From the NCBI RefSeq assembly GCF_006345805.1, contig NC_042998.1, positions 12,276,001-12,340,000 on the forward strand: 64,000 nt of DNA, given 5' to 3'. This DNA comes from Octopus sinensis. Lineage: Eukaryota. The translations under genes and the position numbers were made by a program. Below, in pieces: positions 25,306 to 39,692 of the stretch. How positions within the stretch are numbered: position 1 is the stretch's first letter; each line of letters starts with the position of its first letter. The notes under the pieces are model-generated. The model did no database searches. It was given only the letters and a program-made list of their open reading frames with translations, and was not told the DNA's origin.

Positions 25306-26085
25306 GTAGGTCGATTACATCGATCCCAATGCATAACTGGTACTTATTTTATTGATTCCGAAAGAATGAAAGGCAAAATCGATCTCGGTGAATTTTGAAC
25401 CCAGAACATAAAGACGGACAGAATGCCGTTGCGTATTTTGCCCGCCGTGCTAACAATTGTGCCATCTCTTCGCCCAAACCGCAAAGGCGGGGTTAAGTCG
25501 ATTACATCGACTCCAGTATTGAACTGTTACTTATTTTACCGATCCCAAAATGATGACAGGCATAGTCGGCCTCTGTGGACTTTGAACTCAGAACGTAAAG
25601 ACGGACGAAATACCGCTTAGCATTTTATCCGGCTTGCTAACGATTCTGCTACCTCGCCACCTTACGACATACTTAATATTAACGTCAGACAAGGCAGCGA
25701 ACTAGCCGAAACGTTAGCATGCCAGGTGAGATGCGTAGCCGTATTTCGTCTGCCGTTACGTTCTGAGTTCAAATTCCGCCGAGGTCGACTTTGCTTTTCA
25801 TCCTTTCGGTGTCGATAAATTAAGTACCAGTTACACACTGGGGTCGATGTAATCGACTTAATCCGTCTGTCTGTCCTTCTTTGTCCACTCTGTGTTTAGG
25901 GTAGTAAAGAAATAGGTATTTCGTCTGTCTTTACGCTCTGTGTTCAAATACCGCCAAGGTTGGCTTTGCCTTTCATCCTTTAGGTGCCTATAGATTAAGT
26001 ACCAGTTACGTACTGCGGTTGATCTAATCTATTGACACCCTCCTCCAAAATTTCGGGCCTTGTGCCTAGAGTAGGAAAGAATATT
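25306..26085. mobile_element. Cluster of four family B SINEs (two minus, then two plus)
   Basis: Copies at ~25306-25474(-), ~25490-25660(-), ~25693-25912(+) and ~25913-26085(+); recognised by the 'cctttcatcctttcggggtcgataaattaagtaccag' motif, which resembles the Deu/Nin domain from memory. Confidence 0.8.
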
Positions 26086-26159
26086 AACATCAGACTTACA
26101 CTTTTTGAAGTTCTGTCCGTTAGCTTTCTCCATAGAGAAGTAAACAGGATCGGGTTCGT

Positions 26160-26192
<33 letters not shown>

Positions 26193-26417
26193 CAAGAACA
26201 CACATCCACATACGTATTTACATACATACACTCATTTAAATGTATTCGTATGTGTGTGCATGTGTTGGAGGCGAATTAGTAGAGTCATGATAAAATGCTT
26301 TCTAATATTCGATCTGGGTTCAAACTAGGTAGGTTCCCACCGATTTCATTCCTGCATGTTATCATCCCAAAGTCGATAAATATATCACCGTTTCAGTATT
26401 ACTCTTCTGAAGGAAAT

Positions 26418-26751
26418 AGGAGTGGCTGTGAGGTAAGTAGCTTGCTTACGAACCACATGGTTCCGAGTTCAGTCCTACTGCGTGGCACCTTGATCAAATG
26501 TCTTCTACTATAGCCTCGGGCCGACCAAAGCCTTGTGAGTGGATTTGGTAAACGGAAACTGAAAGAAGCCCGTCGTATATATGTATATATTATATACATA
26601 TATATATGTGTGTATGTTTGTGTGTGTGTGTGGGTGTTTGCTCCCACAACATCGCTTGACAACCGATGCTGGTGTGTTAACGCCCCCGTAACTTAGCGGT
26701 TCGGTGCTCCAGCATGGCCGCAGTCAAATGACTGAAACAGGTAAAAGAGTA
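26418..26751 (+). mobile_element. Family A SINE with internal deletion
   Basis: 'ggttcgg' is joined to 'tgctccagc'. Confidence 0.9.
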
Positions 26752-26759
26752 ACATATAT

Positions 26760-26860
<101 letters not shown>

Positions 26861-27629
26861 GAGCGAGAGAGAGAGTGTGCAGTCTGTTAGTTTGCGATAA
26901 TTGAAACACTTCGTTTGGTCACAACAGCCGCCGTATTAATCCACTAGGGTCCAAGGGGCTACAAGAAACATATTTACTATTTGCCTGCCTATCTGATCAC
27001 GCGTGATAACGGTGAATCTTCGCGAATAAAACCTTTTTCGTGTATCATATACGAAATTTCTCCGGAGAAGATTACATAAACTGAACGTCGGAGAATCGAA
27101 ACCGTTTCCACTTTAACCGCTCTTAATCTATGCTCTCTCACCACTACTCATTTACACTTACATAAGATAGTGCAAATTAATTCGAAAGAAGGTGACACAC
27201 ACGTCATGTTTATGGAGTTGAGTTATGACAGCAAAATAAATTTTCATAGAAAGTCACGAGAGACATTAGAGATGGTGACAAATATATGAAGCAGGATATA
27301 GTGCGGAGAGCAAGGTGGCAAAATCAATTAGAGCAAACTGAGAAAAACGCAAGGTATTTCCATTCTATGCTCTCCTATACGTACGTACAGACACACAAAC
27401 GTACGTACACAAAACAGATACATACAGACAGGCAGGCAAGCACACAAACTGACAAATATATACACACATACACACATACACATACGCACACACTGGTATA
27501 TATCAAGCAAACACAGATATATACTGAAACTCACACTGCTGCGAATAAGCACATACATATATATATATATAGGTATATATACTTAACTATATATTTACGT
27601 ATGAGTTTGTGTCTGTAGGTGTTATTATA

Positions 27630-27715
27630 TGCATAATATATATATTATATATATATTATATATATATATATTATATATATATATATATATATACATATAT
27701 ATACATATATATGTG

Positions 27716-27778
<63 letters not shown>

Positions 27779-27994
27779 ACACATATATATATATATAAGT
27801 ACAGAAATCTCTCTTCTTCGTTCTCTCTTTCTCTCTCTATCTCTCTGACACTGTTATGAGAGCAGCTTCCATGAGAAAAGAAAACAAGTCTGTGTGTATG
27901 TATATATATATATGCTCACACACAGAAAGAAAGAGAGAGAAATGAGAGAGAGAGAGAGAGAAAGAAAGCAAGATAGACAGACAGACAGACAGAC

Positions 27995-28070
<76 letters not shown>

Positions 28071-28085
28071 TGATAGATAGATAGA
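27630..28085. repeat. (TA)n, (GA)n and (GATA)n microsatellite block
   Basis: Read directly. Confidence 0.9.
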
Positions 28086-28341
28086 AATGCGTGTGTATGG
28101 TTGATAGACGAACATAATACAAGTAGTCGGTGCCTAACTTTAGGTCTATGGCAATTCAAAGAACATGAAATATAGAACAGAAAACCATTTACTGCACGCA
28201 CACACACACACTCATGGGTGTGTATGTAAAGATATATGTATGTGCATATATACATTCAATATACACTAATGCATATATTAGTATCTATATCTATCAATCT
28301 CTCTCGTGTTTCTCTGTGCGCGCGTGTATATATATATATAT

Positions 28342-28519
28342 TCTTTTTCTTTTATTCTTTTACTCGTTTGAATGCTTTGATTGCGGCCATGCTGGAGCAC
28401 CGCCTTTAGTCGAAGAAATCTTCCTTCAAGACTTATTCTTTGCAAGCCTAGTACTTATTCTACCGGTCAGTACGTATGTAATATATGTATGTATGTATGT
28501 ATGTTTGTATGTATGTATG

Positions 28520-28555
<36 letters not shown>

Positions 28556-28817
28556 TGTATGTATGTATGTATGTATGAATGTATGTATGTATGTATGAAT
28601 GTATGTATGTATGTATGTACGTATGTAATGTATGTATGTATGTATGTATGTATGTATTTATGTATACAACGAGCTTCTTTCAGTTTCCTTCCTCCAAATC
28701 GACTTACAACTCTTTGGTCAGCCCGAGCCTATAGCAGAAGACATCTGCCCAAGGTGTCACGTAGTTGGACTGAACCCAGAATCATGTGGTTGGGAAACAA
28801 GCTTCTTACCGCACAGC

Positions 28818-28820
<3 letters not shown>
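28342..28820 (-). mobile_element. Family A SINE, diverged, internal repeat expanded to (TATG)n
   Basis: Tail and head recognisable; ~190 bp of TATG replaces the central part. Confidence 0.8.
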
Positions 28821-28848
<28 letters not shown>

Positions 28849-29528
28849 GTACACACATCTCACACACACGCGTATACATGTTTACGCACGTATATTTTTC
28901 ATTAAATTCTTTATTGTGTTCAAGTTTTTTTCTTTTGTATTTTGATTGTTCGTATTTTCTCAAAGGCTTTTGCATTTGGCAGAGAACAATAAAGTTTCTG
29001 AATTCTTATTCAAAGTCTGCAGATCGCCAGTCTCATTTTGAAGAACTGAATATACATGGTGTCTGTGTTCTTTCTTACACTGCTTGAACTGATGTACACT
29101 TTCCTGTCAAAGTTCGTTTGACCGTTAGCCCTATACAGTTGCACTCACGTGTTCCTTTGTTTGTTGCAGCCAATTTTTTGATGGTTTCGCTTTTATGTCA
29201 GTATCCACTTGTTAACTTTTTCGTGTAAATGTTGTTTGCGAGTGAAGATTTATATTGTATTTCGATATGCATTTGGCTGGCATCACCCGATCGACTTATG
29301 CCAACTTCTGCACACTGAATGAACGCATTTATGCGTACATGCCTGCACACTCAGATACTAACCTGTATATATGTTAATATTGACGAAAGTAGAGATAAAG
29401 TAAAAAAAAGGAAATAAACACATAGAGATCTATATGATAAGAAAAGACCATGAGATAGTCCATCAGAGATAATTCATGAACTGCTCGTAATACTAGGCAG
29501 CGGCGCATTAAAAACAAGCTAACATATA

Positions 29529-29940
29529 GGCGCAGGAGTGGCTGTGTGGTAAGTAGCTTGTTTACCAACCACATGGTTCCGTGTTCAGTCCCACTGCAGT
29601 GGCACCTTGGACAAGTGTCTTCTACTATAGCCTCGGGCCGACCAAAGCCTTGTGAGTGGATTTGGTAGACGGAAACTGAAAGAAGCCCGTCGTATATATG
29701 TATATATATATATATATGCGTGTGTGTGTTTGTGTGTCTGTGTTTGTCCCCTCCCCAACATCGCCTGACAACCGATGCTGGTGTGTTTATGTCCCCGTTA
29801 CTTAGCGGTTCGGCAAAAAGAGACCGATAGAATAAGTACTGGGCTTACAAAAAGAATAAGTCCCGAGATCGAGTTGCTCGACTAAAGGCGGTGCTCCAGC
29901 ATCGCCGCAGTCAAATGACTGAAACAAGTAAAAGAGAAAA
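29529..29940 (+). mobile_element. Family A SINE, full length
   Basis: Complete head to tail. Confidence 0.92.
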
Positions 29941-30728
29941 CGATTAAAGAGTATATCAAGTGACGAACTTCCATATACACAAACGGGGTTGATAATCAAG
30001 GTTATCAGATCCTTTTTATCAGAGATTAGAAAGATCAAAGTGAATCTAAAGCTAACATTTCCAAGACAATATTGCCTCAAACCCTAGAACTCATACGGTT
30101 GTTGGGTTTGAGGCTGTTACCTGGTTTCATGGTATATGAGCAACCGAGATCATAATACTCTTCTTAAACTGGGCCCCAGTCTGTTACTTTATTCATTTAT
30201 AGTGGATTAGATAGAGCAACATGAAATGAAGGGCAATGCCCAAGAGCACAACGTATCGACATTTCTAGGAACCGAAACTACGATCCTGAGTACAGCACAC
30301 TTATCGTAGTGTATGTGAATTCACTATCTGGGACTAAACAAAATCTGAAGCAGCCACCAAGCTAAATGTAAACCTATGTGTAGTCCACCGATCCGCTAGA
30401 AATACTTGCTAAATCTTCCTCTCATAACAAATGCTACGACCATAAAAGGAAAGGATTAGATGAATGTAATCTTTTCTATTCGAAACAGTGGAATGTTTTT
30501 TTTATATTTTTCTCGAGCAGGATTAAGCTGGGTCTATACGGTAACAATTTTACGAACATCAACCCCGTAGATGGACTTGCTAGAAATAACAGTCACAGCT
30601 CCTCCAATCACACCATTTCATCTCTTTGATTTATTTTCATTGCTTGCCATCTTGTGCGGTAGTTGTTTTCTAAAATTCCTTTTCACTCAATTTCATAATG
30701 CCACACATCAACTATACTGCTTTGAAAC

Positions 30729-31223
<495 letters not shown>

Positions 31224-31927
31224 CGAGAGAGAGAGAGGGGAGAATAGAAAAAGCTATTAAAGACGGAAAATGAAGCGAGAGATAATAAATGTAGAAGAAA
31301 AAGATAAAAGATAAAAAAAATATAAATAGAGTAACAAAGGAAAGAAAAGTGTTAGCTGTAAAGTAAATAAATCAATTTTAGAGAGGAAGACTTTTTTTCT
31401 GCTTTATCATAAAAGTTTACAAAGGATTATTAGTGGTCTCAGAAGAATATAAACCTGTGAACGCTTCTCTCAGAATTAAAACTGAAAAGCAAATTTGAAT
31501 ATAAATGAAGTTTTATATTTAAATATAAATGAACCTAGATAGAACAATGATAGTGACAGAATTCTAAATAGAAACAAAGCCATAACTTGCTTGACATACT
31601 TTTAGAAATCAGGTCGTTTCTTTGTAGACAATGTAGCTGAGACAAAAGCTCTGAATAGCAGCGTTCTGTATAATAAATGAAATGACGGTTTGGGCTAAGA
31701 TATGTAATATAATGAGATGAAAACAAAAACGTCTGATAACAAAGATTGCAGAAGCAATTAGCAGGCGAATACTCCCTGTCGGGGTGGTTAGAACGCCAAG
31801 AATATCAGTTGATGATCAAAATTAGTTAAAATATACACAGCGTGGTTTGATGTTGAGCTGGATATGTCTCACGAACGTAGCATATTCTACTCAGTCGGTA
31901 AAACCAAGCGTCACCAATTATGCTTCA

Positions 31928-32025
31928 TGGGTTGTTGCTTAGCGTATTGAACGGAAGAACTGTATGGATGCCTTTTATTGTGCTATTTTCAAATAAAGTT
32001 TTAGATAATAACAAAGCGAAAAGTC
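31928..32025 (+). repeat. Unclassified dispersed repeat fragment (second copy at 38646-38743)
   Basis: gggttgttgcttag-gtattgaacg...tatggatgccttttattgtgctattt-caaataaagttttagataataa is shared by both sites. Confidence 0.75.
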
Positions 32026-32103
32026 TGAGCCAGAAGAGATTATCTGAGAAAAATATATAAATGAAGGGAAAGGAGAAAAATCTGTTTAAATTTTTAATAC
32101 AAA

Positions 32104-32468
32104 CTAGCACTATGACCCGGCGTTGCTGGGTCATATTGCTGGTGCATGCATATACAGCAGCGTGCGTGCGCACATACACGCGAGTACTGTCCAAATCTCC
32201 GACCAATCACATACAGATAGCTGGCATTCAATTGGCGTATCAAGTTTCGGGCATTTTGATTGGGTTTTGGATAGAAAATTCACAAAAAAGTCACTTCTAT
32301 TGATATTTTTAATGACTTTGCGGGGTGACTGGGGAAATGTAAAGATGTGCACGACCACCCTTGGACAGTTTTGAATGACCATAGAAAGTGCGAGCCCTCT
32401 AACTGAAAAATTGTGGGTTTGTATAAAGGACACGCACACAGACATTTTGCCGTTTATATATGTAGAGA
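32104..32468 (-). mobile_element. Non-autonomous Helitron (365 bp)
   Basis: Minus strand TC...CTAG, 8-bp hairpin TATGACCC/GGGTCATA (32111-32135), A|T target. Confidence 0.78.
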
Positions 32469-34799
32469 TACCTAGTATTCAACTGAATCTAATCTCGAGT
32501 TACAGATTCTAGAGAGAACAAGCTGTTGCAACAAATGAAAGAACGTCATTTCGACCAAGTTGTGACACAATTGATATCAATTCGGTTTGAAGTAAAGTGT
32601 TTTCTTAGTTAGCGTAACATGAACAAGCTTAAACGCATCGGTTTTTGATCATAGTTCTTAACCGTTTCATTACGTTTCAATTATGTCATGAATATCCTGG
32701 AGAATGAACGACAGTCTCTTAAGTATTCACACTAAAAGAAGCTATAAGGAATAGCACACCACTTTCTACATATTTTCAATATTAAAGTTATTGTCATATT
32801 TGAGAAGACAAGAGTTGTAACTGATGAAGCCTATAGTCATACTCAACAATTAACTGTATATAGTTCACTATTCTTGCTAAATATTCATAATCACAGTAAG
32901 AAACAATAGTTCAACTGTTAATATAAACATTACTGAACTGTATATTTCAGTAATATACAGAGTACACACCAGTTGGAAATAGAAATCGCTTCTTCAACAG
33001 CCTAACTGCTTCTTAAATAAAGGGATTCCATTACCACCAAGGAATATATATTAACAACAATCATTAATTCCACCGATAAAGAATTGGTCATAGCTGCTCT
33101 ACACAGAGTGGTAACTGGTTTCAGTAATTTCCGCTTTACCTGTTGCCCCTTAGCTCTATGATTGGAAGCATTCTTGTAATAACGGTCTGGATAGTTTTTG
33201 TTATTGGTATCGTTAACCGCAGACTTTATTATTTGATTTATCGTGTTTTACTAAAACAGTAGCGTTCATGTTGTGAATTTGACTGCTAATTCTAGCAGGC
33301 CGAGTAACTACCTCGTTAGCCCTTCTGTGGTGTTTATTCCCAGGTGAACTTTTATCGAGTTGAGCAGAGAGCAAAGCTGTTAGTATGATGTTAATAATGT
33401 CGCTGCTTTTGTTGCGAAAGATGTTCGTATGGTTGCATTCTGGATTGATTTAGAGAAACAAGACTATATACTGTTGTTTTCTTTATTCCACCACCCTGCA
33501 AAAAAAGTGATAGGGCATGATGTAAGGGAGAATTGGTTGATTTTTCTAGCAAGTCGATCGATCTTCTGGAGGTATTGATTGTGTTTCATTGCTTTTGTTA
33601 TACCTAAGTCTGCTGGGATCGAGAAAATCCAGTGAATAAATGCATTCTTTTGCGTATTTAAAATAAATCCAAGAGATGAAAAACAAACCTGATACATTTC
33701 AGGAGATTTGTTAGTGAAGCTGTGACAGGATACAGACCTTTTGGTTCGTATTAGACAAACACTATTACAATACTTGCCTAATACTTCCGTAATTGGAAAT
33801 AAATGCCAATAGATGCAAAGATATACTTTAGGAGGAATTCCATTGGTTTACTTTCATGCTTTCAGGACTTTAAAAGGATGAGAAGCCATTCTGACACATT
33901 ATGAGATGACCAGGTGGATTTAACTGCAATTGGAGATTATGTCAAATTGAAAATGGACTACTAAGAGAAACACATATAAAATGATATTGACTATTGTATT
34001 ACTAAACGTTAAGCCATTTCAATAAATGCCTTTCTTTCTTCTGATAGTCACCGTAATCTCGTTTTCTAGAGATCTACGAATCGGCTTTGCTTTTAGTTCC
34101 AAGCCATTTCACTTCAGTTATGCCACAACTATTCTGTAGAAACAATGAAGCCTTTATTAATATCCATAAAATTCGGAAGCATTGTGCTCTTCGAAGTGAT
34201 AGTATAGCTGTTTCTAGACTATTTCAGTATTAAAGCTTATTTAAGTTACAAAATAGATTATCAGACATTGATATTATTCTAAAGTAATTGTTCTGACATA
34301 TGTCATTCTAAGTGTATATTATGTTTATCCTATCCCCTTCTTTATTGATGTAAATTAAAGCTGATTTTTTTTTACTTCAAATATAGCCATAGAAGAATCA
34401 GTAGTGCAATGGAAAAAATGCGTTGTAAAATTTAGTCATATTGTGGTCAGGTTAGACAATCATTTATTCTCCCAAGCACTCCCAGGTCCTGAGGTCGATG
34501 TAATCGATTTTACCCTCCTAAAAGAAGAAAGAGTTATATTCTGCCTCAAAACACAGCATACGTTACAATGGTTTAGCTCTAGGTCAGCTCTATTTATTTC
34601 ACTCATGATGTGAAAGTGTATCAGGAAAATGCATAACACAATGATTACATAAGACCTGATACTATAATATTGTAGTAAACACTTGGCTATAGTACCTAAT
34701 TATGTGAACCAAAGTAGGGGAGCCTCAGTCTGCAAGAACTATTTACCAAAATTTCCTCAACTTCGATTTACCGGCTTCACTTAAAGGTAAGATCGTTGT

Positions 34800-35530
34800 T
34801 GCTATGTCTCGTACGCCTGCTGCAGCGCATTGATGACGAAAGACTTCCCGATTAAACCCGTTATCTCCACCTACCTTGCTACTCATGTTCAGCCAGCTCA
34901 TGTTATTGCCCATCCATTACGTTTTTGCCTGCCTCTTGGTTTTCTACTCTTTACCATTCCTTCTATGATACTGTTTACCAAACCTCTGCTTCTTCGAATA
35001 TAGTCGTAATAGATGAACTTTTGCTATTTTCACTATGTTCAGGAGTTGTATTGCATTTACTTGTAGCACTGGTTCATTGCAAGAGATTCGTAACATTCTC
35101 CTATACAATCACATCTCAAACGAATTGATTATATTTTATACAAATTTGTTCAGAGTCCATGCTCCGCAACCATAAATGCCTATTGGCTAAATGAGTGTTC
35201 CTCATTAGCCTTGTTTTTAACTTAGTTGGAACACTTTTGCTATTCAAGATGTTATAATGCTTTTCCTCGGACGTTCGGATCATGGGTAGTCGTGTCCAAA
35301 TTTCTTTCTTACACGTGACTTCATCAGAGATTTGGGCCCCAAGATTCTTGTACATTTCAACCTGTTCGAGCTTCTCACTACCTACTTTGATGTTAACAGC
35401 TACTTTCTCTTTTCCTACTTCCATGACTTTTGCTTTCTTATGATTGAGATTAAAGACCATGCGTACTTGGTCCGGCTTCAGTCTTGATAATATACATTGA
35501 CACATTGGAAAGTATAGTCAAAGATACCTG
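34800..35530 (-). mobile_element. RTE-type LINE RT C-terminal relic
   Basis: FNLNHKKAKVMEV...NIKVGSEKLEQVEMYKNLGAQIS...KEIWTRL...SKSVPTKLKTRL. Confidence 0.7.
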
Positions 35531-35763
35531 TAAAAGCAGGTAGTCATGAATGTCAAGAATTCAATCAAAACTCCTCTTCATCAAGGTTGATACTGAACAA
35601 AACACCAACATCAACGACCAACAAAGAAAGAAATAGAAGTGTAAATACATGATAATGATTCATTGCTAATGAGTAAATCTATAGTTTCGAATGAGTGTTA
35701 CACGTTCGAAACTTATCTGGCACTACTATACACGAATTGATCAAAACGTACTGTAAATGTAAA

Positions 35764-35790
35764 GACGGAAACTGAAAGAAGCCCGTCGTA

Positions 35791-35832
<42 letters not shown>

Positions 35833-36053
35833 TGTGTGTATGTTTGTGTGTCTGTGTTTGTCCCCCTAGCATTGCTTGACAACCGATGCTGGTGTGTTTA
35901 CGTCGCCGTCAGTTAGCGGTCCGGCAAAAGAGACCTATAGAATAAGTACTGGGCTTACAAAGAATAAGTCCTGGGGTCGATTTGCTCGACTAAAGGCGGT
36001 GCTTCAGCATGGCCGCAGTCAAATGACTGAAACAAGTAAAAAGAGAAAAAGAG
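35764..36053 (+). mobile_element. Family A SINE, 5'-truncated
   Basis: Starts at 'gacggaaactgaaagaagcccg'. Confidence 0.9.
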
Positions 36054-36769
36054 ATTAAAATATTTTCCACTTGTATAGAGTAAGTTATAAGTCGAAAGTT
36101 TATAATTGTGTTACAGCTCATGTATACGGAAACAGCTTGGTGTGTGAAATGAGATTTAATATTTATGACATATCTAAATATATAAAATCTGCAGTGTTGG
36201 ATTCGAATAATATTATTGGAGGTAACCGCAAGACATTGTGAATGTAATATGGTAAACGAAAACTATTGCAGAAACTGATCGTATATATATATATATGTAT
36301 ATGTACAAACACATACAATTATAAAATATGCACAAATATATATTTCGCAAAGTGCAAACGTTTAGTGTTATAGAACTCAATACCTTGTGATAAGCCACGA
36401 ACGAAGCTCAAAGTAGACAGTCATCTTTTGATATAACACACAAAAGACAAACACACACACATATACAGAATAATGTATGTATACACACAGACATACATAT
36501 TCTTAAATGCTGTGATCCTTTGTTTCGCAGTACAACAGTTTGATAAGCGTGTGATCAATAAATTATATACCAGGCTGAAATACGCACTTTAGTCGATATG
36601 ATTAACTAAAGCCCTTGAAAGATTTACACCGACAAAGCTAATGTCCAGTGACGGAAACAACTAAAACTAAATACAAACGTTATGTAATGACTTTTGTATG
36701 GTTTGGATTTTCATAAATATTTACTAGAAAACTGGAAACTCTGCTTTGGCGCCGTGTGGCCTCCCAAGT

Positions 36770-37790
36770 TTATCCGCCTTATTGCATTCAAAAACCTAAT
36801 TACCAGCATAAACAGTAGTATCAGCTTCACCATGGAATACAGTAAAACTCAACTACCATTCCTGGACATTATAATCATCAAAACAAGGCAAAAACATTGA
36901 AACTGACATACATTGCAATCCAACATAATCTAAACAATACCTACTATTCTCATCATGCCTTCCCAAACACACAAAGACCGATATTCCTTTTAATCTAGCA
37001 AGAAAAATCAGTATAATAGTTTTAAACGTTAAAACTCGTAATAAAAGATACCAGGAATTAAAACAACTACTCGAGAAAATATCCGTCAATTTTAATAACA
37101 ACGGAACAGGGCATGTAAAAGCAATATATATTCAAGAATGGTGAACCCCACCACTTCTGATACACCTAATAATGTACTATTTATTACAATAAACAAACAC
37201 CAAAACACAGAGGATTACAACATTATTCCCCATAATATTCCACTCCTGAGACAAGACACAAGAATGAAACAAGCACTCGAAATATACAAAATGTTTAAAA
37301 ACAAAAGACGACCAAAACCCCACAAGAAACTGTTCACCAGTGCTAAATTACCCTCCACAACGGTCAAAAGGTAAAAACGTTTGGCTGCCCTAACTGCGGG
37401 AACTGTATCAACCTCATCGAAGACAATAAATACAAATTTAAACCAGGAGAGATATTTATAATAAATAATTAATTCCTGGTGTCTTATTACGAGTTTTAAC
37501 ATTTAAAACAATTATACAGATTCTTCTTGCTAGATTTAATCTGTTCGTCAAAAAATTCAATATATGCGACCAAATATAACGAGGATTACATAGGTCAAAC
37601 AAAATTCACTCTTAGTAATAGACTTACTATCCTTAGACAACAAATACGAGGACCCAGTACGAGACAGATGCCAATTAGTGAACCATATGAGCAAAAAATA
37701 AGTCTCACAAGTTTTCCACTTTACCTTTGATTTTCGACGCAAAAATGCTGTCACATATTAACGCACGGACGCACTGGAGAACCATAAAAA
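36770..37790 (+). mobile_element. Decayed Penelope-like element (RT end, thumb, GIY-YIG)
   Basis: SISFTMEYSKTQLPFLDIII, TDIPFNLARKISIIV and LICSSKNSIYATKYNEDYIGQTKFTLSNRL; homologous to 53955-54896. Confidence 0.8.
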
Positions 37791-37869
37791 TCATTAAGTC
37801 GACTACTTATCACAAGATCTTCCTACATTTAATGGTAAATCTGAGACAGCCCAGATCGCTAGGGATTGT

Positions 37870-39260
37870 CACTTGACATTTTCACTCAACTGTGACAGCT
37901 TTAACTAACGGTGCCAAACATATTGTCACGTAACATCAAAGAGGAGAACTTACAAAAATTTCTAAACCTGATCACGTGATCATTCTCGACTAATCAAAAC
38001 GTATCTAAAGCAGATACTAATTTAAGTCATGTTTTCTCTATAAAACAAGACAATTTTGAATTCCAGTCAGAAGCAAGGCAGTCGCAGCGTAGCTCCACGT
38101 CTTTCTATCTCAACATTTGAAAATGGACGAAATCTGTGAAACCGGTTAAAAAAAAAATTAAATAAAGAAATCTAAACGAATACCAGTGCATTATCCTGTG
38201 TGGAATAGAATAACTTTGTTTTCTATATCGGTAGCAGGGACATAAACTCCAGCCATCTCTAGCGCCATGACCACCAGATCAGTGATTTCAGGCTTCCCTG
38301 GCCTTGTCATTAATGGACGCCCTGCCACTAGAGATAGCTACGATTCATTTCCACTAGCGATATATAAAATCACCGAGAAAGAATAGGCACTGTTGTCGCG
38401 ACCAGCCAGTGGGCTTATTAAAAGAATATTTATTAGCGACCGAAGCAGTATTAATACCTAAAAGGTAATATTTAAACAAAAGTTCGTTTTGCCTCAAAAG
38501 CCGTAATGAAAGTTTCTTTCATGGTAAGTACCGTAGTATTGTTTGTTCTTACAGAAAATAAATACTACTTTTAAGTGGGGATAGATATAACGTTTTGATA
38601 TTAATTCGGCTGCTGTCGTTAATAAATATATTTTAATAAGCCCGTGGGTTGTTGCTTAGTGTATTGAACGAAATATCACTATGGATGCCTTTTATTGTGC
38701 TATTTCAAATAAAGTTTTAGATAATAATAAAGCGAGAAGTCTAGAAAGATTGAATTTGGAGTGCCTTGATTAGAACTCAACATATTCACTCAACCGTGTC
38801 GGTCTTCTTTTAGGCGCAAAATATACTGTCACGTGACACTAACGCATGAACGTAGCGGAAGACGTACAACAAGTTATAAACTTAATCATGTGTTCATTCT
38901 CTACAAGCACTTGACAGAAAACATTCAGGGCATTGATTGTTTGAACTTGTTCAGTCAACCATGTCAAACTTAACTTATAGCACTAACAATTGTCATTTGA
39001 TAGTAAGACAGGGACGTAGCGGGGAACCTACAAACATTTCTAAGACCAGTCATGTGACTATCTTCTACCATTCAAATCTTATTCAAAACATATACAAATT
39101 TGAGCCATGAACTCCTTATAAAAAACAGGGCAAACGTGAAACACTAGTCAGAAGCAAGACAGGTGCGACATAAGCCCCGTCTTTCTATTTGAAGCATTTG
39201 AAAATCAGTGTAAACTGTGAAACAGATTAATGCTTCAAGTATATTAATAAAATAAATATT
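37870..39260 (+). repeat. Two diverged direct copies of a PLE 3' terminal repeat (~37870-38170 and ~38770-39260)
   Basis: Shared blocks ttcactcaac, tgtcacgt, agtcagaagcaag and cgtctttctat...catttgaaaat; each copy ends in a hammerhead-like motif. Confidence 0.6.
39189..39238 (+). ncRNA. Type I hammerhead-like motif, U3-A8 core variant
   Basis: 9-bp helix I TTGAAGCAT/ATGCTTCAA, core TTGAAAA, helix II CAGT-gtaa-ACTG, then GAAAC; helix III weak and 10.1-11.1 is U-U. Confidence 0.5.
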
Positions 39261-39311
39261 TTAACTATTCTCAGTGCATTTTCATCTTCTATTTTTCTTG
39301 TATATATTTAT

Positions 39312-39692
39312 GCTCAGGAGTGGCTGTGTGGTAAGTAGCTTGGTTCCGGGTTCTGTCCCACTGCGTGGCACCTTGGGCAAGTGTCTTCTGCTATAGCCTC
39401 GGGCCGACCAATGCCTTGTGAGTGGATTTGGTAGACGGAAACTGAAAGAAGCCTGTCGTATATATGTATGTGTGTGTATATGTTTGTGTGTCTGTGTTTG
39501 TCCTCCTAGCATTGCTTGACCACCGATGCTGGTGTGTTTACGTCCCCCTCACTTAGCGTCTCGGCAAAAGAGACCGATAGAATAAGTACTGGGCTTACAA
39601 AGAATAAGTCCCGGGGTCGATTTGCTCGACTAAAGGCGGTGCTCCAGCATGGCCGCAGTCGAATGACTGAAACAAGTAAAAGAGTAAAAGAG
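39312..39692 (+). mobile_element. Family A SINE with small head deletion
   Basis: Head to tail recognisable. Confidence 0.9.
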
